A stretch of 48,755 nt of DNA from a virus. Taxonomy: Duplodnaviria; Caudoviricetes. The notes below the pieces were generated by a model that searched no databases, was not told where the DNA came from, and saw only the letters and a list, made by a program, of their open reading frames with translations. This document shows, in pieces, positions 31,801 through 40,554 of the stretch (its first letter is position 1; every line of letters starts with the position of its first letter). The stretch is from positions 1-48,755 of the IMG/VR virus record IMGVR_UViG_3300017903_002468; one strand, 5' to 3'. The position numbers and the translations under genes are program-made.

Positions 31801-34800
31801 GGTCTGGGTGTTGGTCGTAGTGTTGTTCTCGAAGACAATTCCTTCACCTTTACTTGCGATCAAAACGGACATGCCACTGAGCATACGTATCCTCGTCCTG
31901 GTCAAGATCCTTATGCAGGTCAGTCTATTGCAATTACTGCGGTTGGATCTACTCAGCATACAGTTACCAATGCTGTATATACTGCTTCCAATGGACAGGT
32001 TGATATCACCATTGCCAATCATGGATTCCAAGAAGGTGATTATATCAAGTTTGATGACTTATCTCTAACCTTTACATGTAATCTAGATGGCAACACAGTT
32101 CAGAAGTCATATCCTCGTGCTGGTTATGACTATCCATCTGGTCGTTGGTTGCCTATCAGCAACATTTCTACTAATGGTTTCCGTGTTAACATTGGTCCAT
32201 CTGACTACACAGGTGCTCATACCTTCGTTAGTGCAACTACTAATGGTCTTTCCCGTCAGGATGGAACATTTACTATTAATGTAGGTAATGCAGGAAGTGC
32301 ATCTGGTTCTACTCACCTCTTTGTAAGTGCTAGCACTAATGCTATTAAGCATGAACCACAATCTGTCCACACATTTGTAGGTGCAACATCAAATGCTGTT
32401 AGACATCTTCCACAATCTGCTCACACATTCGTAAGATCTCAAACGAACTCCCTAAGCATTGGTGGTTCCGAACTGAAGATTTACCTAGGAACATCTAGAT
32501 TTGTACACGATTATGTAAGTGGTGGTACTGTTACTTTCGGTGGATCTACATACAATATTACCAACTTTGTATACGACAACGTTGTCAATGGTGAAGCAAC
32601 TATCACGCTCAATTCTCCTGTTGCTAATCTATCTGAGGATGCAACTGTACAAATTGCAGATATCCTCCTAGAGTGTACTGTAGATGGTGTAGTTACCCAA
32701 AAGGTCTATCCAAGTTTTAGCATCCCTGTAAGCGACGACAAGTGCCGCAGAGACGTTGGTCACTTCATTAGTGCAATCACTAGAGACCTTGAGTTTGGAA
32801 GTAACTATAACGTTATCGATGCAGCGAAGAAATACATCGATGGAACTAATACAGAAATTGATTTTGTCAATAACGAAATCATTCAAACAGTACGTGCTCT
32901 AGAATATGCTAGAGAACTGATGATCCACGCTATGAGAAAGTGGCGTACTGGTACAGGTGCTCCTGGTCAACCAATTTATACTCCTCAGTATTCTTCTCTT
33001 CCACAATACTTTGACCCAACAGTCATTGATGACATCTCGTCACCTGCTTGTGCTAACGTTGCATCTGCAATCGATACGCTTGCATATCTGTTTATTGATG
33101 TTCTGGCAAATAATGCTTCTGGAACATACTTAGATGGAGCATATTTGATTGCTAGAAACAGAGACCTGATTGCTGATGAAGCATACAAGCAAACTCTGGT
33201 TCAATATCCTAACCTAGCACTCAATAATATTGATGAGCGTAAGTGTCGTAGAGATATTAACCATATCATCAGTGCTCTTCTAAGAGACCTTGTTCTTGGT
33301 GGCAACTTTGGTATCGTCAATGCTGCTGAGTTCTACTTCACTGGTGCCGCACTGACTGGCATTCCTGCTTCCGAACTAGCACCTACTAGATTTGCATTCC
33401 AGGAAGCAAAAGATCTTTGTATCGCAGCAATGCGTAACTGGACAGATGATGCTGGCAATGCAGTTCTAACACCTCTATCTGATATTCCTCAGTTTACCGA
33501 TACTAGCATTCTTCCTGACCCTGCTGGTATTCCTCTTTGTGCAAACGTACAGGCGTCTATCAACACAGCATTTACTTTGCTGGATAATATTCTCCTCTAC
33601 GCAGTTGACACAACTAATGGTATTGCTCCTGGTGCTACCACTAGAGACACAGGAACTCTCTTTGATACCTCTTCAATCATCTCTTATCCAGAGAGCACAA
33701 TCTACGATCAGACTGGACTTAGAATTACTCCACGTTCTGACTTTGCAGATAACCCAATCATTGAAGCATCTCCATACACCCAGAACTCTTCTGTTATCTC
33801 CTTCCTAGGTGGTGGCGGTGCTGAGGTTGATGGTGCTAAGGTTAAGCAACCCAACTGCCCATTCCCTGGTCTAGAACTAGATGGTTCTGCAACCTTCCCA
33901 AATCAGGGTAAGTCGATGGTTGCTTCGGCATTCACGATCGTTTCTTTCGGTGGCACAGGTTATAAGGTTGTCAATGATGGTTACACCCAGTTGGTTTCGG
34001 TCTTCGTTATCTTCTGTGCTGATGGTGTTCTTGCTGAGTCTGGTGGATACTGCTCCATCACAAACTCCGCAACCAACTTTGGTATCTTTGCTCTTCGTGG
34101 TAGCGGATTTAGAGAAGAGGCATATGAGTTTGACGTTGGTCAAATTACTAATGTATCTTCCACTCCAACTGGAAGAACGATCTTTACAGTTAATGGTCTT
34201 GGAAGAGAACCTCTAGAGCACTACGTTGTTAAAGTTGATGGATTCTCCAATATCAACCCAGACATTGAATACTTCGTTGACGTTGTTGAAGGCGTAACAG
34301 TTGGTCCTCCTTTCTCTGCTCAACTTACACTAGAGTCTGGTTCTGGTGGTGGTGCTGAATTTAAGGAAGATGCTACTAATAATCCAGTTAGTGTTGGATC
34401 GATGGTCGGTGAGACCCTAAGATTGCACAGACCATCCATCGTTAACTCTTCTTCCCACACCTGGGAATTTGCAGGTTCTGGTACTAACTACAATGCTCTA
34501 CCAGAAAACGGCGGTACTAAGGTCGAAGCATACGAACAGGTTTCTGAAAACTATGGTCGTGTATACGTTTCTGGTACTGACGAACTGGGTGACTTTAAGG
34601 TTGGTACGTTCGCAAGAATCGAAAACAGAACTGGTGCAATTACCTTCACGGGTACTGTTACGATCTCGGAAGTTGAATTCTTGAAACTGAAGGGTGGCGA
34701 CGTTGTTGTTACTGGTTTCGACGCATCCAACACACTGGGTGGCGCTAACTCCACTGACTCCAAACTGCCTACTCAGAAAGCAGTTAAGGACTATATTACC

Positions 34801-37800
34801 AACAACCTTGGTCCATACCTCAACAAACCATATTCCACAAACCCAGTTCCTAGAGCACTGGTCGAACTTACTGACTCTGGTAAGATCTCCGAAGATCAGA
34901 TTCCGCCTCTACGTCCTTTCCAGGTTTACACAGTTGCAAACCAATCGGAAAGAACTGCAATTGAAGGCGCACTAGCAGGTGACATCGCGATCCAACAGGA
35001 TACATCAACGTCGTTCATTCTGAATAACGATAACGATAGTTTGTTCGTATCGTTCCCAGTAGATTCCACTCTACAATTTACTATTGGCGATGTCTTCACT
35101 GGTAGTAATACTGGTGGTAAGATTCAGGCAACTGAGTATAGAGAAGGTGTTGTATATCAGATTAACATCACTGATGGTGGTTCTGGTTACGTTACTCCTC
35201 CTGTTGTTACCATCTCTGGTGGTAACCCACAAGCAGGTGCTATCTCAGCAAACGCAACTTGTGAAATTGCAAACGGAACTGTTGTTCTGGTAACCATTGA
35301 ACTATTCAATGGTCTCATCGGTGGTAAAGGATACACAAGTGCTCCTGTTGTTACCTTCGCTGCTCCTGCAGGTTCTGGCACACAAGCACAAGGTAATGCA
35401 CTGATTGAGTCTAGACTCTATGGCGATATTGTTAACAATATCAAGATGGAAGACACTGACGAATTTGAGTCTAGTGACGTTCCTTCTGAGACTATCAACA
35501 TCAGTCGTGTTGTTAACACATCTGCAAGCAACAGCAACAACTGGGTATCTCTATCCTCCAACCAGATTGCTGCAAACGACATTACCTCTGGTGTTATCGC
35601 TACTGCTCGACTGGCATTTAACAATGCTGCAGCAAACTCGTTCTCCTTCCTAAGAGGTGATCAGTCATATGCTCCTGTAATTCAGTCCCTGAAGGGTGCT
35701 GAGACCAGATACTTTGCTAAGTTGACTTCTCAGGCAAATAGCGGTTCTTCTCAGTTGGTCTTCTCTACAAACTCCGATGTGCTACTAGGTCACGAAGTTG
35801 TAGCAAACATTAATGGTATTCAACCAAATACCAATATCTCTGGCATTCTAACTGCTGCTGGTACAACTACAGTTTCTATTGACAATCCACTGACTGCTAC
35901 GATTCCAATCAATAGCGTCATTGAATTTGAGAGAGGTCAGTCACCACTGACATTTGAATCTTCCTTGACTCAAGGAGACTTTATTGATTCGGTTGTTATC
36001 GCATCAGGTGGTAGCGGATTCACAGATGGTCAGTATTTCGACGTTGAACTAACTGGTGGTGCTGGTACAGGACTGAAAGCAAATATCATTGTTAGTGCAG
36101 GTGCAGTCACGGAACTGACACTAACTGCTTCTGGAGCTGGTTATCTAGCAGACTTTACAGTATCTTCTGCGCCAGCAGAAATTGGTTCTGGATCTGGTCT
36201 GGTACTCCTTGCTAAACTCAGTACAGTTAACAAGCAGTTTGCAAACGTTGCTATTGATATCGCTAGAGTTTCTGACCTAACGATTTCTGCTGATGAATTT
36301 GGAACAATTGGTGTCAGCAGATTCTATAAAGATCAATTTGAAATTGGTCTATCAGGAAATGGTTCTATCAAACTGAAGACTGGTGCAGATTCTGGTCTTG
36401 ACGCTGACAAACTAGACGGCGCTCAAGGTACATTCTACTTGAACTCTAGCAACCAGAACGCTGGTACGCTACCTGTTGATAGACTATCTGGTACTTATAA
36501 CATCAGTATTGCTAACCAGTCTGGTAGTACACTAAGACTGAATAGTTCTACTAGCAACTTGAACTCCAACCCAACTCCTGATGCATATAACGTTGGTATT
36601 ATTGCTGACACAAGAAACAACTCTGCTGATGGTCTAGCAGATGGCGGCAACCAGCACGTTACCCTGACTATCAGAAATGGTGGTTCTGGTTTCGACGCAA
36701 ACCTAGGTGGTGTAAGACAACTTGCATTCACTGATAATGATAACATGTATCTCCGTGGTTCTGGTTCTACACTAGCAACCTTCGGTACATGGGCGAAGAT
36801 TTGGTCTTCTGGAAACCATGGTCCTGATTCTGGATTAGATGCTGATAGACTTGATACCAGACAAGGTAAGTTCTATCAGAATGCTATCAATATGAATGAG
36901 GGCATCTTCAGTGATAACAGAATGCCACCTCATCAGACAGCGAAAGACTTCCAGGATTCTGTACGTGTTCTTGATTGGTCTGGTCAACCAAGATATAAGA
37001 TTCTTGTTAGAGACGAACTTCTGACCGCAACTCCATTCTTGGTAGGTCAGCAAGTCAACCTTTATGCTGCTAATGGTACTGCTCCTGGTCGTATTTCGAT
37101 TACAGACATTGAGGTTAACCAGGACATCAATGATGCATCCAACAACTTCACACTGATTACAGGTACACTTACAACTGGTAACTTTATTGGTGCAGTTGAA
37201 ATTGGTACTACAGCACTTAGTTATCCATTCCAAGACTTCAGTATCGCAACACTAGATGCTAATGCTGATGGTCTACCTGATGGCACATTTGAAGTTGCCG
37301 CGATGGAAAGTGTTGGTGGTGCTGCAAGACTGAGACTTGGTAGACAGGATGGAGCATCTGCAACTGATCCTTCGGTATTCTTCAGATCTTCTCTAGCAGC
37401 TGCACCCAACTATAACTCAGCAATTATTGCTACTGGTGGTAATTCTGCCGATGGATCTGGTGCTCTAGAGTTTAAAACAGCAAACGTCAATGCATTGACG
37501 TTGTTGGGCAACGTTCTATGGAACGAAGGAAACCTAGTCCCATATGTATCAAATGTTGGTTCTTCTTACGGACCTAATAATAATGACTGGGATTCTGCAA
37601 ATCCAGACGACAATGTAACGCTAAGAAGCATTGTCATGAGAGACAAGGATGGCAACTTCAATGCTGGTACTATCACAGCAAACCTAACTGGTGCTGCTTC
37701 CTTGAACGTTCTCAAGGCAGGCGATACGATGTCAGGCACACTGATCATCTCTGGTATCGCTGCAGCAAATCAGGCGCTGAGTGTATCTGGTAGAGCAGAC

Positions 37801-38952
37801 TTCCTAAGCAACATCACAGTTAGCGACGACCTTACAGTCAATGGCACCACACTTCACGTTGATGCAATTGACGACACAGTAAGCATCGGTACTACTTCTT
37901 CCGATTCTGCTGTAAAACTTCTGATTGTAGAAGATGCTGATCAGGATGTTGTCCTGAGAATGTACTCATCCTACAATGTTGGTGGTGCTGCAAATCAGCG
38001 TGATGCAGTAATTCAATTGCTGGGTCAAGACGGCACTCGCGATGAAGGTCTTGAAATTAAGTATGATAATAGTGAGGGTGATGTATACTTCAAGCAACTA
38101 TTCAATCAACTTACGACTGATGCTGCGATTCGCTTTGGCACTGGTGCATATGGTGATGATGCTCTAACCATTACTGGTAACGGCAACCTAGGCATTCAAA
38201 TGACTGCCGATGACGCATATGAGTTGGATGTAAATGGATCTGCAAGAGTCAAGACTGCTCTTAACATTGCTCGCGCTGCGAATAATGGTGGTGCCCCTGT
38301 AATCTTCGCAGGTGCAACTGGCGCATCTGATGGATCAGGTGGTTATCTAAGCAACTTCCGTATTGGCAACCAAATGCTACAAGCGGATACGTTTGAAATC
38401 ACACCTAGTGATGGATCACAAGGTGCTCTAGTTTGGAAATCTACTCCAGCACTTGCAATTCAAGGTTCCGAGAACCGAGTCGCAATCAATACTCTCCAGT
38501 TTGGTGGTACTGATACTACAGTATCTCCACAGGTCCAGAGAGAATATCAACTCAACATTCAAGGTGATATCAACATCAATGGTCTTGTCTTCCAGAACAA
38601 TGCTGAGTTCGTTACTTCCAGATGGACAGAATCTGACAATGAACTAGATATCTACAGAGAGTCTAAAGTTTGGATCAACCCAGATTCTACTGAAGCTGGA
38701 TTCACTGGTGACCCTGACTATGATCTTCAAGTCGGTGGCGGTAATAACGCTGGTCACCTAGGACTACATGGTGTCATGTACATTAGGGATACTCCTCAGT
38801 GGATTGATACCACTGGTATTATCAAGAACTCTGCTGATACAATTGCGGAGGATGTGACTATCCCAGCAAACGCTAACGCTATGTCTATTGGTCCTATTAC
38901 GATTCAACCAGGCGTCACTATCGACGTGGTTGGTAACTGGAACATTATCTGA
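28876..38952 (+). CDS. Giant modular tail fibre (3358 aa)
   Basis: Fibre motifs STKIATTEYV, LPTQKAVKDY, SGLDADKLDG and SGLDADRLD; pectin-lyase-like beta-helix entry IYVSAQIGSDLNDG....PVRTIKKA; C-terminal NAMSIGPITI..GVT....G.W.I; plus helical KCRRD domains and nested beta repeats. Confidence 0.85.
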   Translation: MSFQLNSDRETIRAIAPTLVGTQELSIRNGSGSDEKEVLRTLLDPNTDLPRVGINRTGNRIDRIVVNLGGTGYTTQPTVNIAPPPAGGTQALGTAVISEGFVTAVLVDNPGLGYTAAPAVTITGGNGTGAQVEAFLDTVDFELDINGAIRTSTSIISDTARILNLDIDNFITPDAKFRAPDLKTYMNATGIPWSANIIVQKDAYRYRGPNVYQALNAGETGSTPPLHTDGIETNGEVQFKHIGFRVNDSGGYKYQETGDSGEFPRSITPLLGDRSTKIATTEYVLNLATNDVGGRIYVSAQIGSDLNDGRSAVAPVRTIKKAAQLAWATPGVKETIIVSGGDYVEDNPISLPPDASVVGDNLRLVIIRPANPRKHIFKFGDKNYVIGVTYRDQIDSSGDAVATWDFAMVFDDKQRINYDYTVNGDFGTQFPIGTQIFGPEKFRADFQTNTGLANLVSSLPVRGVNTGAQGVLERVEFTTILGPSAYVSGNVDFSVTSGTFTAGETFQFGGQGTIEWQPNTAYTVGQQLWATDHVYTVAVAGTSAATSPIHDTGTVASGPDTLELTYLRDAYEFVSTDIKSIRAEGEVVFENTNITDALPIVRVDFSLQGDPSIATGGFQDPGSAEDLGGIVFYTNSLVGRQNTHDFKEGQEIVIEGMPTSSPDLSFLNGKQRIYKVLEDADGRARRFVIPKKTTITTTNNFDPGQFCSVRSYEKSITISLLNSPNRFPMATPIARRYQDACLQIRNNVEFIADEVVGKINDQFKKEYYSVYGIGGTPDAQFTPTNVTYDPATGDAVFTVNNHGLSIGDGVSIADQSITFTCTMDGNKTEHALPDTDQYASGKSLPITAVTTNTFTLNVGASGPNQLFTPSAATYNPATGALNLTIGAHTLSVGEGIVIDDNSLSFTCDMDNNQSTKTYPRPGIDPFAGRSMPITEISETSITVNAGVSRPNQYFTPSAATYDASNGDLTVTVGQHGLGVGRSVVLEDNSFTFTCDQNGHATEHTYPRPGQDPYAGQSIAITAVGSTQHTVTNAVYTASNGQVDITIANHGFQEGDYIKFDDLSLTFTCNLDGNTVQKSYPRAGYDYPSGRWLPISNISTNGFRVNIGPSDYTGAHTFVSATTNGLSRQDGTFTINVGNAGSASGSTHLFVSASTNAIKHEPQSVHTFVGATSNAVRHLPQSAHTFVRSQTNSLSIGGSELKIYLGTSRFVHDYVSGGTVTFGGSTYNITNFVYDNVVNGEATITLNSPVANLSEDATVQIADILLECTVDGVVTQKVYPSFSIPVSDDKCRRDVGHFISAITRDLEFGSNYNVIDAAKKYIDGTNTEIDFVNNEIIQTVRALEYARELMIHAMRKWRTGTGAPGQPIYTPQYSSLPQYFDPTVIDDISSPACANVASAIDTLAYLFIDVLANNASGTYLDGAYLIARNRDLIADEAYKQTLVQYPNLALNNIDERKCRRDINHIISALLRDLVLGGNFGIVNAAEFYFTGAALTGIPASELAPTRFAFQEAKDLCIAAMRNWTDDAGNAVLTPLSDIPQFTDTSILPDPAGIPLCANVQASINTAFTLLDNILLYAVDTTNGIAPGATTRDTGTLFDTSSIISYPESTIYDQTGLRITPRSDFADNPIIEASPYTQNSSVISFLGGGGAEVDGAKVKQPNCPFPGLELDGSATFPNQGKSMVASAFTIVSFGGTGYKVVNDGYTQLVSVFVIFCADGVLAESGGYCSITNSATNFGIFALRGSGFREEAYEFDVGQITNVSSTPTGRTIFTVNGLGREPLEHYVVKVDGFSNINPDIEYFVDVVEGVTVGPPFSAQLTLESGSGGGAEFKEDATNNPVSVGSMVGETLRLHRPSIVNSSSHTWEFAGSGTNYNALPENGGTKVEAYEQVSENYGRVYVSGTDELGDFKVGTFARIENRTGAITFTGTVTISEVEFLKLKGGDVVVTGFDASNTLGGANSTDSKLPTQKAVKDYITNNLGPYLNKPYSTNPVPRALVELTDSGKISEDQIPPLRPFQVYTVANQSERTAIEGALAGDIAIQQDTSTSFILNNDNDSLFVSFPVDSTLQFTIGDVFTGSNTGGKIQATEYREGVVYQINITDGGSGYVTPPVVTISGGNPQAGAISANATCEIANGTVVLVTIELFNGLIGGKGYTSAPVVTFAAPAGSGTQAQGNALIESRLYGDIVNNIKMEDTDEFESSDVPSETINISRVVNTSASNSNNWVSLSSNQIAANDITSGVIATARLAFNNAAANSFSFLRGDQSYAPVIQSLKGAETRYFAKLTSQANSGSSQLVFSTNSDVLLGHEVVANINGIQPNTNISGILTAAGTTTVSIDNPLTATIPINSVIEFERGQSPLTFESSLTQGDFIDSVVIASGGSGFTDGQYFDVELTGGAGTGLKANIIVSAGAVTELTLTASGAGYLADFTVSSAPAEIGSGSGLVLLAKLSTVNKQFANVAIDIARVSDLTISADEFGTIGVSRFYKDQFEIGLSGNGSIKLKTGADSGLDADKLDGAQGTFYLNSSNQNAGTLPVDRLSGTYNISIANQSGSTLRLNSSTSNLNSNPTPDAYNVGIIADTRNNSADGLADGGNQHVTLTIRNGGSGFDANLGGVRQLAFTDNDNMYLRGSGSTLATFGTWAKIWSSGNHGPDSGLDADRLDTRQGKFYQNAINMNEGIFSDNRMPPHQTAKDFQDSVRVLDWSGQPRYKILVRDELLTATPFLVGQQVNLYAANGTAPGRISITDIEVNQDINDASNNFTLITGTLTTGNFIGAVEIGTTALSYPFQDFSIATLDANADGLPDGTFEVAAMESVGGAARLRLGRQDGASATDPSVFFRSSLAAAPNYNSAIIATGGNSADGSGALEFKTANVNALTLLGNVLWNEGNLVPYVSNVGSSYGPNNNDWDSANPDDNVTLRSIVMRDKDGNFNAGTITANLTGAASLNVLKAGDTMSGTLIISGIAAANQALSVSGRADFLSNITVSDDLTVNGTTLHVDAIDDTVSIGTTSSDSAVKLLIVEDADQDVVLRMYSSYNVGGAANQRDAVIQLLGQDGTRDEGLEIKYDNSEGDVYFKQLFNQLTTDAAIRFGTGAYGDDALTITGNGNLGIQMTADDAYELDVNGSARVKTALNIARAANNGGAPVIFAGATGASDGSGGYLSNFRIGNQMLQADTFEITPSDGSQGALVWKSTPALAIQGSENRVAINTLQFGGTDTTVSPQVQREYQLNIQGDININGLVFQNNAEFVTSRWTESDNELDIYRESKVWINPDSTEAGFTGDPDYDLQVGGGNNAGHLGLHGVMYIRDTPQWIDTTGIIKNSADTIAEDVTIPANANAMSIGPITIQPGVTIDVVGNWNII
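31216..32460 (+). repeat. Four diverged ~80-90 aa protein repeats followed by four stacked H(T/L)FV segments
   Basis: Units start near 31216, 31462, 31723 and 31951 (F.P..A.Y....G.....H.L..G........FTC..(D/N).....YP). H(T/L)FV segments lie at 32218, 32314, 32368 and 32422. Confidence 0.85.
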
Positions 38953-38958
38953 TAAATA
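38951..38958 (+). promoter_or_regulatory. Late promoter variant (GATAAATA)
   Basis: One mismatch to TATAAATA, overlapping the fibre stop codon, about 33 nt upstream of the first glycine-rich gene. Confidence 0.6.
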
Positions 38959-38991
38959 TATAAAGCAAAGAACCTTAAGTCCGTTTAAACT

Positions 38992-40050
38992 ATGTCTAGT
39001 CTAAATGTAGGAACTGTAACGTTATCCAATGGATTGACACTTCCTTCTTATACATCATCTCCTGATAACAGACCTTCCCATGGTGCAGGCAAAACTATCT
39101 ACGATTCTACTTCGGACACCATTCAGGTTTCCGATGGAACCCAATGGATCAGTGCTGGATCTGCAGGTTCTGGTCTAGTTACTGCAACAGGTGGAGAAAT
39201 CACTTTTGCAGGAGGTTATAAAGTTCACACATGGTATAACGTGGGTGAATACAATTTCCAAGTTCAGGGTGCAGCATCTGGTGCTACTATTGAAGTTCTT
39301 GTATGTGCTGGAGGTGGATCTGGAGGAACTATTGGCGGCGGCGGAGGCGGCGGTGGTGTTTGCTACAATGGAACATACCCAGTTTCTGTTGGTTCTTATC
39401 CAGTAAAAGTTGGGGCAGGTGGATCTACACCACTATCTGGATATCCTGTAGCAAAAGGAACTAGTGGATCTCCTTCTAAATTTGGTAACCATGAAGCATA
39501 TGGCGGCGGTGCTGCTGGATCTTGGGGTCCTAATGCTAGAGAGAGTGGAGAACCAGGCGGATCTGGTGGCGGCGCAACTGGTCCTGGTCCTAGGGCACCA
39601 TCGCTAGGAACTGCAACTCAAGGTGTTGCTCCTGGTAGTGGTGTTACTCATGGAAATCCTGGTTACGAAAATGGTAACAGAGTTTCTGGAACACACTCGG
39701 GTACTCACACTGGCGGTGGTGGCGGTGGTGCAAACCCCAATAACACTCGTAACGGAAGAGTCGGTGGCGATGGAGTCACTTACATGGGTCTAACTGTCGG
39801 TGGCGGCGGTGGTGGTGGAACCCACGAAAACTATGGTACTTCTCCTATTGCAACTCCTGCTGCTCCTGGAGGTGGTGGTCGCGGTGCATCTAGATCCTCT
39901 CAGTTCGCAGGTGGAGGCGGTCAAGGTTGGGGTGAACCAGGACAAGTTAACACTGGTGGCGGCGGAGGCGGCGGCTGGTATAATGGTGGTGGCAATGGTC
40001 AAGGATCTGCTGGTGGTCCTGGAATCGTTCGTGTCCGTCATACAGTCTAA
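38992..40050 (+). CDS. Glycine-rich putative fibre-tip adhesin, paralog 1 (352 aa)
   Basis: Fibre-type N-terminus (RPS...G.TIYD.T..TIQV.DG.QW), ATGG....GYKVH, VCAGGGSGG...GGGGGGGV, several polyglycine runs and the end NTGGGGGGG...GGPGIVRVR. Directly follows the giant fibre. Confidence 0.8.
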   Translation: MSSLNVGTVTLSNGLTLPSYTSSPDNRPSHGAGKTIYDSTSDTIQVSDGTQWISAGSAGSGLVTATGGEITFAGGYKVHTWYNVGEYNFQVQGAASGATIEVLVCAGGGSGGTIGGGGGGGGVCYNGTYPVSVGSYPVKVGAGGSTPLSGYPVAKGTSGSPSKFGNHEAYGGGAAGSWGPNARESGEPGGSGGGATGPGPRAPSLGTATQGVAPGSGVTHGNPGYENGNRVSGTHSGTHTGGGGGGANPNNTRNGRVGGDGVTYMGLTVGGGGGGGTHENYGTSPIATPAAPGGGGRGASRSSQFAGGGGQGWGEPGQVNTGGGGGGGWYNGGGNGQGSAGGPGIVRVRHTV

Positions 40051-40053
40051 TAT

Positions 40054-40554
40054 ATGTCCCTTTATAATGTTGAGGAAAATTTCCTCAGTGAAGAAGAGTT
40101 TAATCAATTAACTACACAAACAATATACAATCACTATTTCCCGTTGTATCTGAAGCACCGAGTAGCATCGGCGTCTTCAGACGACGGGATTTATTTTACT
40201 CACAACTTCTTTTTTGGTGGGCAAGCATGTAGTGATTATTATAAACATCTTCTTCCCATTCTCCTAAGAATTAAACCCAAAAAATTACTTAGAGTTCAAT
40301 TAAATTTATTCCCCAAAACTTCTGAGATCGTACAGCACGACTGGCATACTGATATGCTGTGGGATCATAAGGGTTGTATAGTTTACCTAAATAGTAATGA
40401 CGGATCAACCTTGTTAATGGAAGATGATGAGAATGCCGTAAGCATTCGTTCTATATCAAACAGAGCATTATTTTTCAATCCAGGAAAACTCCACTGCAGT
40501 ACGACATGTACTGATTCTGAATTCAGAAGCAATATCATTTTCAACTATGAGTGA
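40054..40554 (+). CDS. 2OG-Fe(II) oxygenase superfamily protein (166 aa)
   Basis: HxD in WHTD, CIVYLNSNDG.T, NRALFF....LHCSTT and distal R.NI.FNY. Confidence 0.85.
   Translation: MSLYNVEENFLSEEEFNQLTTQTIYNHYFPLYLKHRVASASSDDGIYFTHNFFFGGQACSDYYKHLLPILLRIKPKKLLRVQLNLFPKTSEIVQHDWHTDMLWDHKGCIVYLNSNDGSTLLMEDDENAVSIRSISNRALFFNPGKLHCSTTCTDSEFRSNIIFNYE

Noticed and set aside
3089-38952. Inteins, introns or homing endonucleases explaining the giant ORFs
   Set aside because: I noticed no intein splice motifs or LAGLIDADG/HNH/GIY-YIG signatures. The frames are continuous and the size is explained by structural modules.
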